Shown here: positions 26,798-38,828 of the stretch, piece by piece
Layout of the letters: every line of letters begins with the position of its first letter
Position numbering within the stretch: position 1 is the first letter of the stretch
DNA from: Eledone cirrhosa
Lineage: Eukaryota
NCBI GenBank assembly: GCA_964016885.1
Contig: OZ024741.1
Span: 78,802,001 to 78,866,000 of the forward strand
Length of the DNA: 64,000 bases
Reading direction: 5' to 3'
The notes under the pieces: generated by a model
Database searches by the model: none
The model's input: only the letters and a program-made list of their open reading frames with translations
What the model was told of the DNA's origin: nothing
Position numbers and translations under genes: made by a program

Positions 26798-27445
26798 TAT
26801 ATAAGTATGTATACGAACATACATATATGTATACAGACGTACAGTAGTATGTATATACATACATACATGCACACATATATATATGTACGTATGGGTTTAC
26901 CGAACATTTATTATTATGCTCGGTTTGTTTGTAAACAAACAGCCCGAATTTTTAGGCGTACAGTGTTCGGCAACCATCGTTGCCCTTTTTTTCAACACTG
27001 ACAAAGGAACGATGAACTAGTTTCTAGCTTATTAGCTGTCATCAGCACCGTATACCTTCCTGTCAGTCGATTGAACGTTTGAAAGTATATACTTTCCTTA
27101 TGCATATTAACGGCTGAGCAGCCTAATTTGCATATCGAGTGAGTTAGTCGGCTGAGCGTACCGAAAACGATAGAAACGATAGAAACGATAGAAACGATAG
27201 AAACGATAGAAACTAGAAACTAGTTCATCGTTCCTTTGTCAGTGTTGAACAAAAAGGCAACGATGGTTGCCGAACACTGTACGGCTAAAAATTCGGGCTG
27301 TTTGTTTACAAACAAACCGAGCATTATAAATAAATGTACGGTAAACCCATACGTACATATATATATATATATGTGTGCATGTATGTATGTACATACATAC
27401 TGTACGTCTGTATACATATATGTATGTACGTATACATACTTATAT
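26798..27445. repeat. Inverted repeat (~230-bp arms 26798-27027 / 27213-27445), non-autonomous Penelope-type structure
   Basis: Reverse-complement match; hammerhead overlapping the left arm end; (AAACGATAG)x5 at the right junction. Confidence 0.8.
27010..27050 (-). ncRNA. Minimal type I hammerhead ribozyme
   Basis: Minus strand: CGGTG CTGATGA C AGCT AATA AGCT A GAAA CTAG TT CATCG; palindromic stem III ACTAGT. Confidence 0.65.
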
Positions 27446-28333
27446 TTAAGTATCAGCCGTACTAAGAGTGAGAAATGAAATTTCATTTTTTCCATTTATA
27501 TATATATATATATATATTCTAAGTTTAAATTTACACCTAATTGTGTATGGTTGACGGTATATTTAGTCAGTTTCTACATGCTGTTGAAATGTTGGATAAA
27601 TACTCTATCGGAGCCACCGTGAAGAGGCTGCTTTCGGTTATTTGTCGGAAATTTCTTCATAGAAGCCTTTATTCTTATAGCTTGGTCTAATTGATTTTTT
27701 ATATGGTTAATTATGCTAATTGGGAGAGGAAATGGTATATATTTTATCTAATAATTCTAAGGACATGATTTATGATATATATATATATATATATATATTT
27801 CGTTTCTGAATTTGTTTAGCAAGATTCTTTATCTGAAATCGTGTGTTGAAACCGATATTGTTATACTTTGGGAGGGTCATGTTGCCAATAAGAAACACAC
27901 GCACCAGTTGCTTTCACTTCAATTTATTATAATAAATTTATAATAAATTTATAAATTTATAAATTTCTGGTTGGTTGGTTGGTTCCACAACCAGATAATT
28001 GTTTATATATTGTCATAGTTCTTTCGTCACACACTCTGTGACCTCTTCAGTGACTGGGGATTCCTTTCTTTGTTTCTGTACCTCTCCTTTGTTCTGTCCT
28101 ACGCCATTTTGTTTCTGTGTGTGTGTTGTGTGCTCAGTCTGCGCATGCGCCACATCCGGGTGTCTGTGTGTTTATGTTCATTTATTTATTTGTTTATTTA
28201 CATGTTACTGGTTGGTTGTTTGTTCTATGTGTGTGTGTGTGTTTTCATTTTGTCCTTAATTGTAAGTTGTGATGTTGCTGTTCCACTCATATTTTCTATT
28301 TAATTTTGGTTGTAATTCTTTTATGTTTATTAA

Positions 28334-28998
28334 GACCAGAAAACTAACAGAAGAAATGACAGGTAGCTATGTGCAGACCCTTCTGAGGTTCCAAGAGTAA
28401 TGCACATACAATTTCCTGCAAGTGTTATGGTTTGGGGTGTTGTTAGCAATGAAGGAGATGTGATGCCTCCTCACTTTTTTCCACAAGGTCTCAGGATAAA
28501 TGCTGCTGCGTATATTGAGGTTCTGGAAAAAGTTGTTAAGCCTTGGATCAACAGTGTATCCAATGGAAAGCCTTATGTCTTTCAACAAGATTCTGCACAA
28601 GGCTCAAATGACACAAGAATGGATGGCCGACAATTTGCATGATCACATCACCCCCAACATTTGGCCTCCTAATTCTCCAGATATCAATCCACTGGACTAC
28701 TATGTATGAGGCATCGTTGAGAAAAAAGTCAATGAACACCCTCATAGCACCAAAGATTCTTTGAAAGCCGCCATAATTCGAGTCATGTCCGATATGAACA
28801 AAGACAACTTAATCCGAGCTTGCAAACGATTTCGACCCCGTTTAGAGGCAGTTATTGACGCTTATGGGGGTTCTATTGAATGCAATTATTAAATTGATAA
28901 TTTAGCTTTATTTTTATAAGAATACAGTTTTTTTCCTGTTATTATATAAGTGTTTTGTTTAAACCATAAATCTGTCCTCAAATACCGTCCGCACCCTG
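28334..28998 (+). mobile_element. 3' half of a DD37D (maT) Tc1/mariner transposon
   Basis: SVMVWGVVS, FQQDSA, WPPNSPDINPLDY; right TIR CTCAAATACCGTCCGCACCCTG+TA; highly similar to 45678-46917. Confidence 0.85.
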
Positions 28999-29036
28999 TA
29001 TATATATATATATATATATATATAGGAACCAGTAAG

Positions 29037-29130
29037 ACCCCGACAGCTGAGCTCAAGCCGTTTCGACGGCTAATTCTGGACTAAATGAACATTTATCCTG
29101 GTATTTAAATAGCCGATCTTCTCAAGGGGT
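29037..29130 (-). ncRNA. Hammerhead ribozyme, UUGAGAA core variant (copy A)
   Basis: ACCCC TTGAGAA GA(T)CGGCTA...TAGCCGTC GAAA CGGCT..AGCTG TC GGGGT. Confidence 0.75.
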
Positions 29131-30228
29131 AATTCCATATATGGTCAAAGTGATTGTCAAAAATCAGTAGTAATTCTGTGGTTGCAAATTAGTAGGGGAG
29201 ATGGTGGCTAAACCTGCCAGTAGGAGAAAGAGGGGAGGGGGTGGAGTAGACCCAATCAAGCGTTGGTAGTGCCAGCTACAGCTGGGCATGAGGTCAAAGA
29301 AGATACAGGGGAGGGGGAGGGGGAGGAAGTCGGAACGGTAGGTAGAACAATGGGGGGTAAAAATAGGAAAGAAAAAATACTGAGAGTGAAGAAAAGCAAA
29401 TAAGTGTAAAGAAAAAATTAAATTCTACGACCTAGGTGTCAGGCTATTGTAAGGCGAGAATAAAAAAAAGAAAGAAAGAAAGAAGTAAATAAATAAATAA
29501 AAAAATAAATAAGGAAATAAGTAAAAGAACTAGGTGGGACGAATTAGGCAAGGACCCTTTTAAGAGGTATAAGTACGTAAATGATACGGTGACTGGTCAA
29601 CAAAAGGGGCCAAAATACTAAAGAGACTACCACGAAATAAACAATAAAGGTTTCCATCCCGGGCCAGCAACGACCCAGTGCAGCAAAGTGAACTTGTACG
29701 ACATAATAATTCTGAGTCCCGGGAAAAATATATACTAATGCTAACTCTAAAAGATCTAAAACAAGCTACATGAAAGTTCGTACGAAATAAAGGTAGAATA
29801 CGGAGAAATAAGTTCAGAATCCACCCCGCCCAGAAGAAAAGCGAAGCAAGAAATACTGAAACGAAAAAATAAGGCATAAGTGCCACTAAGAAATATAGAG
29901 GGCACAGAGAATAGTGGGAGCGGTCGGAAAAGGGGGGCAAGTATCCGGGGTCTAAGCCAACTGCTATAAAGGGCGGAGTCCGCCAAATCTATCAAAGACT
30001 AGGGGAGGGGGGAGTGGGGGTACTAAGGCTACATGGGGCCAAAGGGCAGCCTCGGGTGGGCGAGAAAAGACGCCGACAAAGGAGAAGAGCTGGGGTAGAA
30101 GGACAAAGGAGAGAGGGGGGAAGGAAATAAAGGATGCGATAAAAGAATACAAAGAAGATCTTACGTCTTCCTTGGCAAGCAGGGGTTACCCATTGCAAAA
30201 TCGGCAACTGGGGTGTTATAGCCCTAGT

Positions 30229-32382
30229 CTACCCCCCCGGGTCATTATGGGGTTTGAGGGCGAGGTAAGTCCTACGCAATCTATGTTTACATGCAGTAAC
30301 CAGTTCATCTTTCTTGTTTAGGAGTTGGTCCGTCGAAAACAGCATTTGTAAAGTTTCCTCCGAGCATAAATTGCACGGACGGCGTCCTCCCGTGTAAGAA
30401 TTGGCTCTGGACAGTAATCTCCAAGTGAGATCATAGGTGATGTTGTTGTCCTTGAGGTCCCATATGTGGCCCGAAAGTGTAGTGGCGTGACGCCGGGCCG
30501 GGTTTCGGAAGGTATGTCTATGTTGGTATAGCCGGGTCTTGAAGTCACATGCGGTAAGTCCTATATAGGCTTTGTTGGAGGTATCCGTCCTCACGTTGCA
30601 CTGGTAGATCACATTACGGTCTCTGCATCTATTGTCGAGTGGGCAAATAGATCTATCCGGGCAGTTACACCTCCTGGTCGGTTCTCCACTGCTATTTAGG
30701 TTATTTCTGCCATCGGGGTTGAGTTTTTTGTTGTTAGAGGAGACGATGTTTTGTGCGAAGTTTGGTGTAGTGCTGTAAGAGAGTTTGATGGTATTTTTGT
30801 TAATTATGTTGTGGTAGCGGTGTTGTAATGGGAAGTGTTTTTCAATGAGCCTAAAGAATAGTTTCCCGATGGGAGTAGTCACCTCTGCGTTGTGGGGAGG
30901 ATTGAACCATGTTACATTGCGTGAGCGGCGGTGTCTCCTGCTGGTTCCGCTAATGGGATCTGGACAGTAGGATATTTCCTCCCGGAAACCACTCCACTTG
31001 AGGGCCTGGTTGTAATAAGGCGCATGTTCATCGAATATCCGCTCATTAGCTGACAAACGGGATATGCGAAGGGAGATGTTTTTGACCAGGTTGTTTGTGA
31101 TGTTCCTAGGATGGTTTGATCGGCGGTGGATGTAGTGCAGATTGTCATTAGGTTTCCTGTATGGGTAGTACAGGTCGTTTTCGAGGTCGAGGGTTACGTC
31201 CAGGAAGTTTACTCGGGTCAGGGACGTTTGTAGGGTTATTTTAAATCCCCAGTCGCGGAAGAATCTGATTAATTGTTTCCGGACCCGATCTGTACTACTG
31301 GGGTTGTACCCTTTAAGGGTAAGGAGCCCATCATCACGGTACAATCCACCACCGAATACAGGAAACATATCAGTGAGTTTGGCTATTAGGAATAATCCTA
31401 TAAGATCAGTGACCTCCGCCGAATCCGTGGCGCCCATGCTGACGTCGAAGGGTGAGTCGGGAGCTCTTTTTATCCATTTAGAGTCGTCAAAGAGTAAGAC
31501 TGTCTTCCTGGCGTGGAGGATGATTTTTCTTTCCTGGTCGGTGATGGGCACGAGTGTTTCGGCGAAGTCCAAGGCGGCAGTAAGTAGCGGTAAGGTGATT
31601 GAAGCATAGTAGCTCTCTATGTCGAACTGTATGAATTTAGTTTCTCGTTTATCCTCCATATTGCTGAACCAGGAGATTACTTCCTGGGTGTTGATCCATA
31701 GGCTAAGTCGGGTGTGTTGCTTGACTTTTGGTATCACGCGGTCTAGGATTTTTTTGCTGATTCTCCCTATGTCGGACTTCGTTGGGTTAATAAGCCTGAT
31801 GGAGGGTTTACGGTCAAAATCGGATTTATGGTCCTTCAGTGTGAAGTATGGTGTCCGTGGGTCTAGAGGTTCCGTGCGGTCGGCGACCCCGAGGCTGGAG
31901 GTGATTTGTTGTCCATCTCGATTTATGTCCTCGATGCAAGAGTGGTTGGCCTTTTTATAGGTGGAGTTTAGGCTGCTCTTGATCAGTGTGTGGTATCTGT
32001 CAGGGTTGACAAAGTATAGGTTCCCAGTTTTATCCGAATGCACCATGATGTCATTTGTGTTATCATACTCTGTTAAGTTGCTACGGAGTTTTTGTAGGAA
32101 TCGGTTGTGTCTGGGTTTAAATTTAATGTTCTTGACCAGTTGGAAGAGGTCATTCTCGAAGGGTGCGAGCAAGGGGTTCAGGGGCGGAGATTTGTAGGTA
32201 ATAAATCCGAATCTCTCCTTGGTGCCGAAGTCTTGGTTGTCGCAATATCTGTCATAGAAAAAAGTTCTCCATCTAAGTCTTTTCGCAAATAGATCAATTT
32301 TTTGCGTGAGCATCCGAAGGTAAAGTTTTTTCGGTGGGATTGGGATGTTCTTGGTAGAGAAGTCAATGTTGTGTTTTCGCAT
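30229..32382 (-). CDS. Intact Penelope-like polyprotein: RT + Zn-binding linker + GIY-YIG endonuclease (~717 aa from MRKHNID)
   Basis: FSTKNIP, SDKTGNLY, FDIESYYASI, MGATDSAE, LYRDDGL, VNFLDV; CNC..CPL..C; NVIY..KAYIGLT..FKTR; CNLC..E..NKK..CKH; no stops. Confidence 0.93.
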   Translation of the reverse strand: MRKHNIDFSTKNIPIPPKKLYLRMLTQKIDLFAKRLRWRTFFYDRYCDNQDFGTKERFGFITYKSPPLNPLLAPFENDLFQLVKNIKFKPRHNRFLQKLRSNLTEYDNTNDIMVHSDKTGNLYFVNPDRYHTLIKSSLNSTYKKANHSCIEDINRDGQQITSSLGVADRTEPLDPRTPYFTLKDHKSDFDRKPSIRLINPTKSDIGRISKKILDRVIPKVKQHTRLSLWINTQEVISWFSNMEDKRETKFIQFDIESYYASITLPLLTAALDFAETLVPITDQERKIILHARKTVLLFDDSKWIKRAPDSPFDVSMGATDSAEVTDLIGLFLIAKLTDMFPVFGGGLYRDDGLLTLKGYNPSSTDRVRKQLIRFFRDWGFKITLQTSLTRVNFLDVTLDLENDLYYPYRKPNDNLHYIHRRSNHPRNITNNLVKNISLRISRLSANERIFDEHAPYYNQALKWSGFREEISYCPDPISGTSRRHRRSRNVTWFNPPHNAEVTTPIGKLFFRLIEKHFPLQHRYHNIINKNTIKLSYSTTPNFAQNIVSSNNKKLNPDGRNNLNSSGEPTRRCNCPDRSICPLDNRCRDRNVIYQCNVRTDTSNKAYIGLTACDFKTRLYQHRHTFRNPARRHATTLSGHIWDLKDNNITYDLTWRLLSRANSYTGGRRPCNLCSEETLQMLFSTDQLLNKKDELVTACKHRLRRTYLALKPHNDPGG

Positions 32383-32567
32383 GGTGCGGGTGAAATGAAT
32401 TGAGCTTAGCGGAAAAGTCTGGATACGGCGTGGTAGGGTCGGAAAGTGCTCTACTACGGGAGTAGGAGCTAGATAACGAAGGAAATGTGGTAAGGAACCA
32501 GGTGGACCATAACGCACCAAAGTACTCAATACTTGAGGTAGTAGAGTGGGTAATAGGAACCAGTAAA

Positions 32568-32661
32568 ACCCCGACAGCTGAGCTCAAGCCGTTTCGACGG
32601 CTAATTCTGGACTAAATGAACATTTATCCTGGTATTTAAATAGCCGATCTTCTCAAGGGGT
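32568..32661 (-). ncRNA. Hammerhead ribozyme, UUGAGAA core variant (copy B)
   Basis: Same fold as 29037-29130, 3531 bp away. Confidence 0.75.
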
Positions 32662-33765
32662 AATTCCATATATGGTCAAAGTGATTGTCAAAAATCAGTA
32701 GTAATTCTGTGGTTGCAAATTAGTAGGGGAGATGGTGGCTAAACCTGCCAGTAGGAGAAAGAGGGGAGGGGGTGGAGTAGACCCAATCAAGCGTTGGTAG
32801 TGCCAGCTACAGCTGGGCATGAGGTCAAAGAAGATACAGGGGAGGGGGAGGGGGAGGGGGAGGAAGTCGGAACGGTAGGTAGAACAATGGGGGGTAAAAA
32901 TAGGAAAGAAAAAATACTGAGAGTGAAGAAAAGCAAATAAGTGTAAAGAAAAAATTAAATTCTACGACCTAGGTGTCAGGCTATTGTAAGGCGAGAATAA
33001 AATAAAGAAAGAAAGAAAGAAGTAAATAAATAAATAAAAAAATAAATAAGGAAATAAGTAAAAGAACTAGGTGGGACGAATTAGGCAAGGACCCTTTTAA
33101 GAGGTATAAGTACGTAAATGATACGGTGACTGGTCAACAAAAGGGGCCAAAATACTAAAGAGACTACCACGAAATAAACAATAAAGGTTTCCATCCCGGG
33201 CCAGCAACGACCCAGTGCAGCAAAGTGAACTTGTACGACATAATAATTCTGAGTCCCGGGAAAAATATATACTAATGCTAACTCTAAAAGATCTAAAACA
33301 AGCTACATGAAAGTTCGTACGAAATAAAGGTAGAATACGGAGAAATAAGTTCAGAATCCACCCCGCCCAGAAGAAAAGCGAAGCAAGAAATACTGAAACG
33401 AAAAAATAAGGCATAAGTGCCACTAAGAAATATAGAGGGCACAGAGAATAGTGGGAGCGGTCGGAAAAGGGGGGCAAGTATCCGGGGTCTAAGCCAACTG
33501 CTATAAAGGGCGGAGTCCGCCAAATCTATCAAAGACTAGGGGAGGGGGGAGTGGGGGTACTAAGGCTGCATGGGGCCAAAGGGCAGCCTCGGGTGGGCGA
33601 GAAAAGACGCCGACAAAGGAGAAGAGCTGGGGTAGAAGGACAAAGGAGAGAGGGGGGAAGGAAATAAAGGATGCGATAAAAGAATACAAAGAAGACCTTA
33701 CGTCTTCCTTGGCAAGCAGGGGTTACCCATTGCAAAATCGGCAACTGGGGTGTTATAGCCCTAGT

Positions 33766-35496
33766 CTACCCCCCCGGGTCATTATGGGGTTTGAGGGCGA
33801 GGTAAGTCCTACGCAATCTATGTTTACATGCAGTAACCAGTTCATCTTTCTTGTTTAGGAGTTGGTCCGTCGAAAACAGCATTTGTAAAGTTTCCTCCGA
33901 GCATAAATTGCACGGACGGCGTCCTCCCGTGTAAGAATTGGCTCTGGACAGTAATCTCCAAGTGAGATCATAGGTGATGTTGTTGTCCTTGAGGTCCCAT
34001 ATGTGGCCCGAAAGTGTAGTGGCGTGACGCCGGGCCGGGTTTCGGAAGGTATGTCTATGTTGGTATAGCCGGGTCTTGAAGTCACATGCGGTAAGTCCTA
34101 TATAGGCTTTGTTGGAGGTATCCGTCCTCACGTTGCACTGGTAGATCACATTACGGTCTCTGCATCTATTGTCGAGTGGGCAAATAGATCTATCCGGGCA
34201 GTTACACCTCCTGGTCGGTTCTCCACTGCTATTTAGGTTATTTCTGCCATCGGGGTTGAGTTTTTTGTTGTTAGAGGAGACGATGTTTTGTGCGAAGTTT
34301 GGTGTAGTGCTGTAAGAGAGTTTGATGGTATTTTTGTTAATTATGTTGTGGTAGCGGTGTTGTAATGGGAAGTGTTTTTCAATGAGCCTAAAGAATAGTT
34401 TCCCGATGGGAGTAGTCACCTCTGCGTTGTGGGGAGGATTGAACCATGTTACATTGCGTGAGCGGCGGTGTCTCCTGCTGGTTCCGCTAATGGGATCTGG
34501 ACAGTAGGATATTTCCTCCCGGAAACCACTCCACTTGAGGGCCTGGTTGTAATAAGGCGCATGTTCATCGAATATCCGCTCATTAGCTGACAAACGGGAT
34601 ATGCGGAGGGAGATGTTTTTGACCAGGTTGTTTGTGATGTTCCTAGGATGGTTTGATCGGCGGTGGATGTAGTGCAGATTGTCATTAGGTTTCCTGTATG
34701 GGTAGTACAGGTCGTTTTCGAGGTCGAGGGTTACGTCCAGGAAGTTTACTCGGGTCAGGGACGTTTGTAGGGTTATTTTAAATCCCCAGTCGCGGAAGAA
34801 TCTGATTAATTGTTTCCGGACCCGATCTGTACTACTGGGGTTGTACCCTTTAAGGGTAAGGAGCCCATCATCACGGTACAATCCACCACCGAATACAGGA
34901 AACATATCAGTGAGTTTGGCTATTAGGAATAATCCTATAAGATCAGTGACCTCCGCCGAATCCGTGGCGCCCATGCTGACGTCGAAGGGTGAGTCGGGAG
35001 CTCTTTTTATCCATTTAGAGTCGTCAAAGAGTAAGACTGTCTTCCTGGCGTGGAGGATGATTTTTCTTTCCTGGTCGGTGATGGGCACGAGTGTTTCGGC
35101 GAAGTCCAAGGCGGCAGTAAGTAGCGGTAAGGTGATTGAAGCATAGTAGCTCTCTATGTCGAACTGTATGAATTTAGTTTCTCGTTTATCCTCCATATTG
35201 CTGAACCAGGAGATTACTTCCTGGGTGTTGATCCATAGGCTAAGTCGGGTGTGTTGCTTGACTTTTGGTATCACGCGGTCTAGGATTTTTTTGCTGATTC
35301 TCCCTATGTCGGACTTCGTTGGGTTAATAAGCCTGATGGAGGGTTTACGGTCAAAATCGGATTTATGGTCCTTCAGTGTGAAGTATGGTGTCCGTGGGTC
35401 TAGAGGTTCCGTGCGGTCGGCGACCCCGAGGCTGGAGGTGATTTGTTGTCCATCTCGATTTATGTCCTCGATGCAAGAGTGGTTGGCCTTTTTATA
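33766..35496 (-). pseudogene. 5'-truncated copy B of the Penelope ORF
   Basis: Same protein from YKKANHSC onward; upstream METFIVYF comes from a fused UTR fragment. Confidence 0.9.
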
Positions 35497-35773
35497 AGAG
35501 ACTACCACGAAATAAACAATAAAGGTTTCCATCCCGGGCCAGCAACGACCCAGTGCAGCAAAGTGAACTTGTACGACATAATAATTCTGAGTCCCGGGAA
35601 AAATATATACTAATGCTAACTCTAAAAGATCTAAAACAAGCTACATGAAAGTTCGTACGAAATAAAGGTAGAATACGGAGAAATAAGTTCAGAATCCACC
35701 CCGCCCAGAAGAAAAGCGAAGCAAGAAATACTGAAACGAAAAAATAAGGCATAAGTGCCACTAAGAAACAGAC

Positions 35774-37550
35774 CAGATACCACACACTGATCAGGAGCAG
35801 CCTAAACTCCACCTATAAAAAGGCCAACCACTCTTGCATCGAGGACATAAATCGAGATGGACAACAAATCACCTCCAGCCTCGGGGTCGCCGACCGCACG
35901 GAACCTCTAGACCCACGGACACCATACTTCACACTGAAGGACCATAAATCCGATTTTGACCGTAAACCCTCCATCAGGCTTATTAACCCAACGAAGTCCG
36001 ACATAGGGAGAATCAGCAAAAAAATCCTAGACCGCGTGATACCAAAAGTCAAGCAACACACCCGACTTAGCCTATGGATCAACACCCAGGAAGTAATCTC
36101 CTGGTTCAGCAATATGGAGGATAAACGAGAAACTAAATTCATACAGTTCGACATAGAGAGCTACTATGCTTCAATCACCTTACCGCTACTTACTGCCGCC
36201 TTGGACTTCGCCGAAACACTCGTGCCCATCACCGACCAGGAAAGAAAAATCATCCTCCACGCCAGGAAGACAGTCTTACTCTTTGACGACTCTAAATGGA
36301 TAAAAAGAGCTCCCGACTCACCCTTCGACGTCAGCATGGGCGCCACGGATTCGGCGGAGGTCACTGATCTTATAGGATTATTCCTAATAGCCAAACTCAC
36401 TGATATGTTTCCTGTATTCGGTGGTGGATTGTACCGTGATGATGGGCTCCTTACCCTTAAAGGGTACAACCCCAGTAGTACAGATCGGGTCCGGAAACAA
36501 TTAATCAGATTCTTCCGCGACTGGGGATTTAAAATAACCCTACAAACGTCCCTGACCCGAGTAAACTTCCTGGACGTAACCCTCGACCTCGAAAACGACC
36601 TGTACTACCCATACAGGAAACCTAATGACAATCTGCACTACATCCACCGCCGATCAAACCATCCTAGGAACATCACAAACAACCTGGTCAAAAACATCTC
36701 CCTCCGCATATCCCGTTTGTCAGCTAATGAGCGGATATTCGATGAACATGCGCCTTATTACAACCAGGCCCTCAAGTGGAGTGGTTTCCGGGAGGAAATA
36801 TCCTACTGTCCAGATCCCATTAGCGGAACCAGCAGGAGACACCGCCGCTCACGCAATGTAACATGGTTCAATCCTCCCCACAACGCAGAGGTGACTACTC
36901 CCATCGGGAAACTATTCTTTAGGCTCATTGAAAAACACTTCCCATTACAACACCGCTACCACAACATAATTAACAAAAATACCATCAAACTCTCTTACAG
37001 CACTACACCAAACTTCGCACAAAACATCGTCTCCTCTAACAACAAAAAACTCAACCCCGATGGCAGAAATAACCTAAATAGCAGTGGAGAACCGACCAGG
37101 AGGTGTAACTGCCCGGATAGATCTATTTGCCCACTCGACAATAGATGCAGAGACCGTAATGTGATCTACCAGTGCAACGTGAGGACGGATACCTCCAACA
37201 AAGCCTATATAGGACTTACCGCATGTGACTTCAAGACCCGGCTATACCAACATAGACATACCTTCCGAAACCCGGCCCGGCGTCACGCCACTACACTTTC
37301 GGGCCACATATGGGACCTCAAGGACAACAACATCACCTATGATCTCACTTGGAGATTACTGTCCAGAGCCAATTCTTACACGGGAGGACGCCGTCCGTGC
37401 AATTTATGCTCGGAGGAAACTTTACAAATGCTGTTTTCGACGGACCAACTCCTAAACAAGAAAGATGAACTGGTTACTGCATGTAAACATAGATTGCGTA
37501 GGACTTACCTCGCCCTCAAACCCCATAATGACCCGGGGGGGGTAGACTAG
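35774..37550 (+). pseudogene. 5'-truncated inverted copy C of the Penelope ORF
   Basis: Same RT/GIY-YIG protein; one extra G in the terminal G-run extends it to GGVD*. Confidence 0.9.
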
Positions 37551-38643
37551 GGCTATAACACCCCAGTTGCCGATTTTGCAATGGGTAACCCCTGCTTGCC
37601 AAGGAAGACGTAAGATCTTCTTTGTATTCTTTTATCGCATCCTTTATTTCCTTCCCCCCTCTCTCCTTTGTCCTTCTACCCCAGCTCTTCTCCTTTGTCG
37701 GCGTCTTTTCTCGCCCACCCGAGGCTGCCCTTTGGCCCCATGTAGCCTTAGTACCCCCACTCCCCCCTCCCCTAGTCTTTGATAGATTTGGCGGACTCCG
37801 CCCTTTATAGCAGTTGGCTTAGACCCCGGATACTTGCCCCCCTTTTCCGACCGCTCCCACTATTCTCTGTGCCCTCTATATTTCTTAGTGGCACTTATGC
37901 CTTATTTTTTCGTTTCAGTATTTCTTGCTTCGCTTTTCTTCTGGGCGGGGTGGATTCTGAACTTATTTCTCCGTATTCTACCTTTATTTCGTACGAACTT
38001 TCATGTAGCTTGTTTTAGATCTTTTAGAGTTAGCATTAGTATATATTTTTCCCGGGACTCAGAATTATTATGTCGTACAAGTTCACTTTGCTGCACTGGG
38101 TCGTTGCTGGCCCGGGATGGAAACCTTTATTGTTTATTTCGTGGTAGTCTCTTTAGTATTTTGGCCCCTTTTGTTGACCAGTCACCGTATCATTTACGTA
38201 CTTATACCTCTTAAAAGGGTCCTTGCCTAATTCGTCCCACCTAGTTCTTTTACTTATTTCCTTATTTATTTTTTTATTTATTTATTTACTTCTTTCTTTC
38301 TTTCTTTATTTTATTCTCGCCTAACAATAGCCTGACACCTAGGTCGTAGAATTTAATTTTTTCTTTACACTTATTTGCTTTTCTTCACTCTCAGTATTTT
38401 TTCTTTCCTATTTTTACCCCCCATTGTTCTACCTACCGTTCCGACTTCCTCCCCCTCCCCCTCCCCTGTATCTTCTTTGACCTCATGCCCAGCTGTAGCT
38501 GGCACTACCAACGCTTGATTGGGTCTACTCCACCCCCTCCCCTCTTTCTCCTACTGGCAGGTTTAGCCACCATCTCCCCTACTAATTTGCAACCACAGAA
38601 TTACTACTGATTTTTGACAATCACTTTGACCATATATGGAATT

Positions 38644-38737
38644 ACCCCTTGAGAAGATCGGCTATTTAAATACCAGGATAAATGTTCATTTAGTCCAGAA
38701 TTAGCCGTCGAAACGGCTTGAGCTCAGCTGTCGGGGT
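38644..38737 (+). ncRNA. Hammerhead ribozyme, UUGAGAA core variant (copy C)
   Basis: Stem I 38644-48/38733-37; TTGAGAA 38649-55; GAAA 38710-13; GUC 38730-32. Confidence 0.75.
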
Positions 38738-38828
38738 CTTACTGGTTCCTATTACCCACTCTACTACCTCAAGTATTGAGTACTTTGGTGCGTTATGGTC
38801 CACCTGGTTCCTTACCACATTTCCTTCG

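Noticed and set aside
27165-27209. Short repeat array as CRISPR
   Set aside because: No spacers, eukaryotic context, no cas genes
29560-30207. Small ORFs in the Penelope 3' UTR and antisense ORFs repeated three times
   Set aside because: Recurrence only reflects copy identity; low-complexity, no domains or ATG context
30229-32529. Selenoprotein-type Naiad ORF, and the upstream TTG start at 32529
   Set aside because: No in-frame TGA; Cys codons are standard; ATG at 32382 precedes the conserved N-terminal motif
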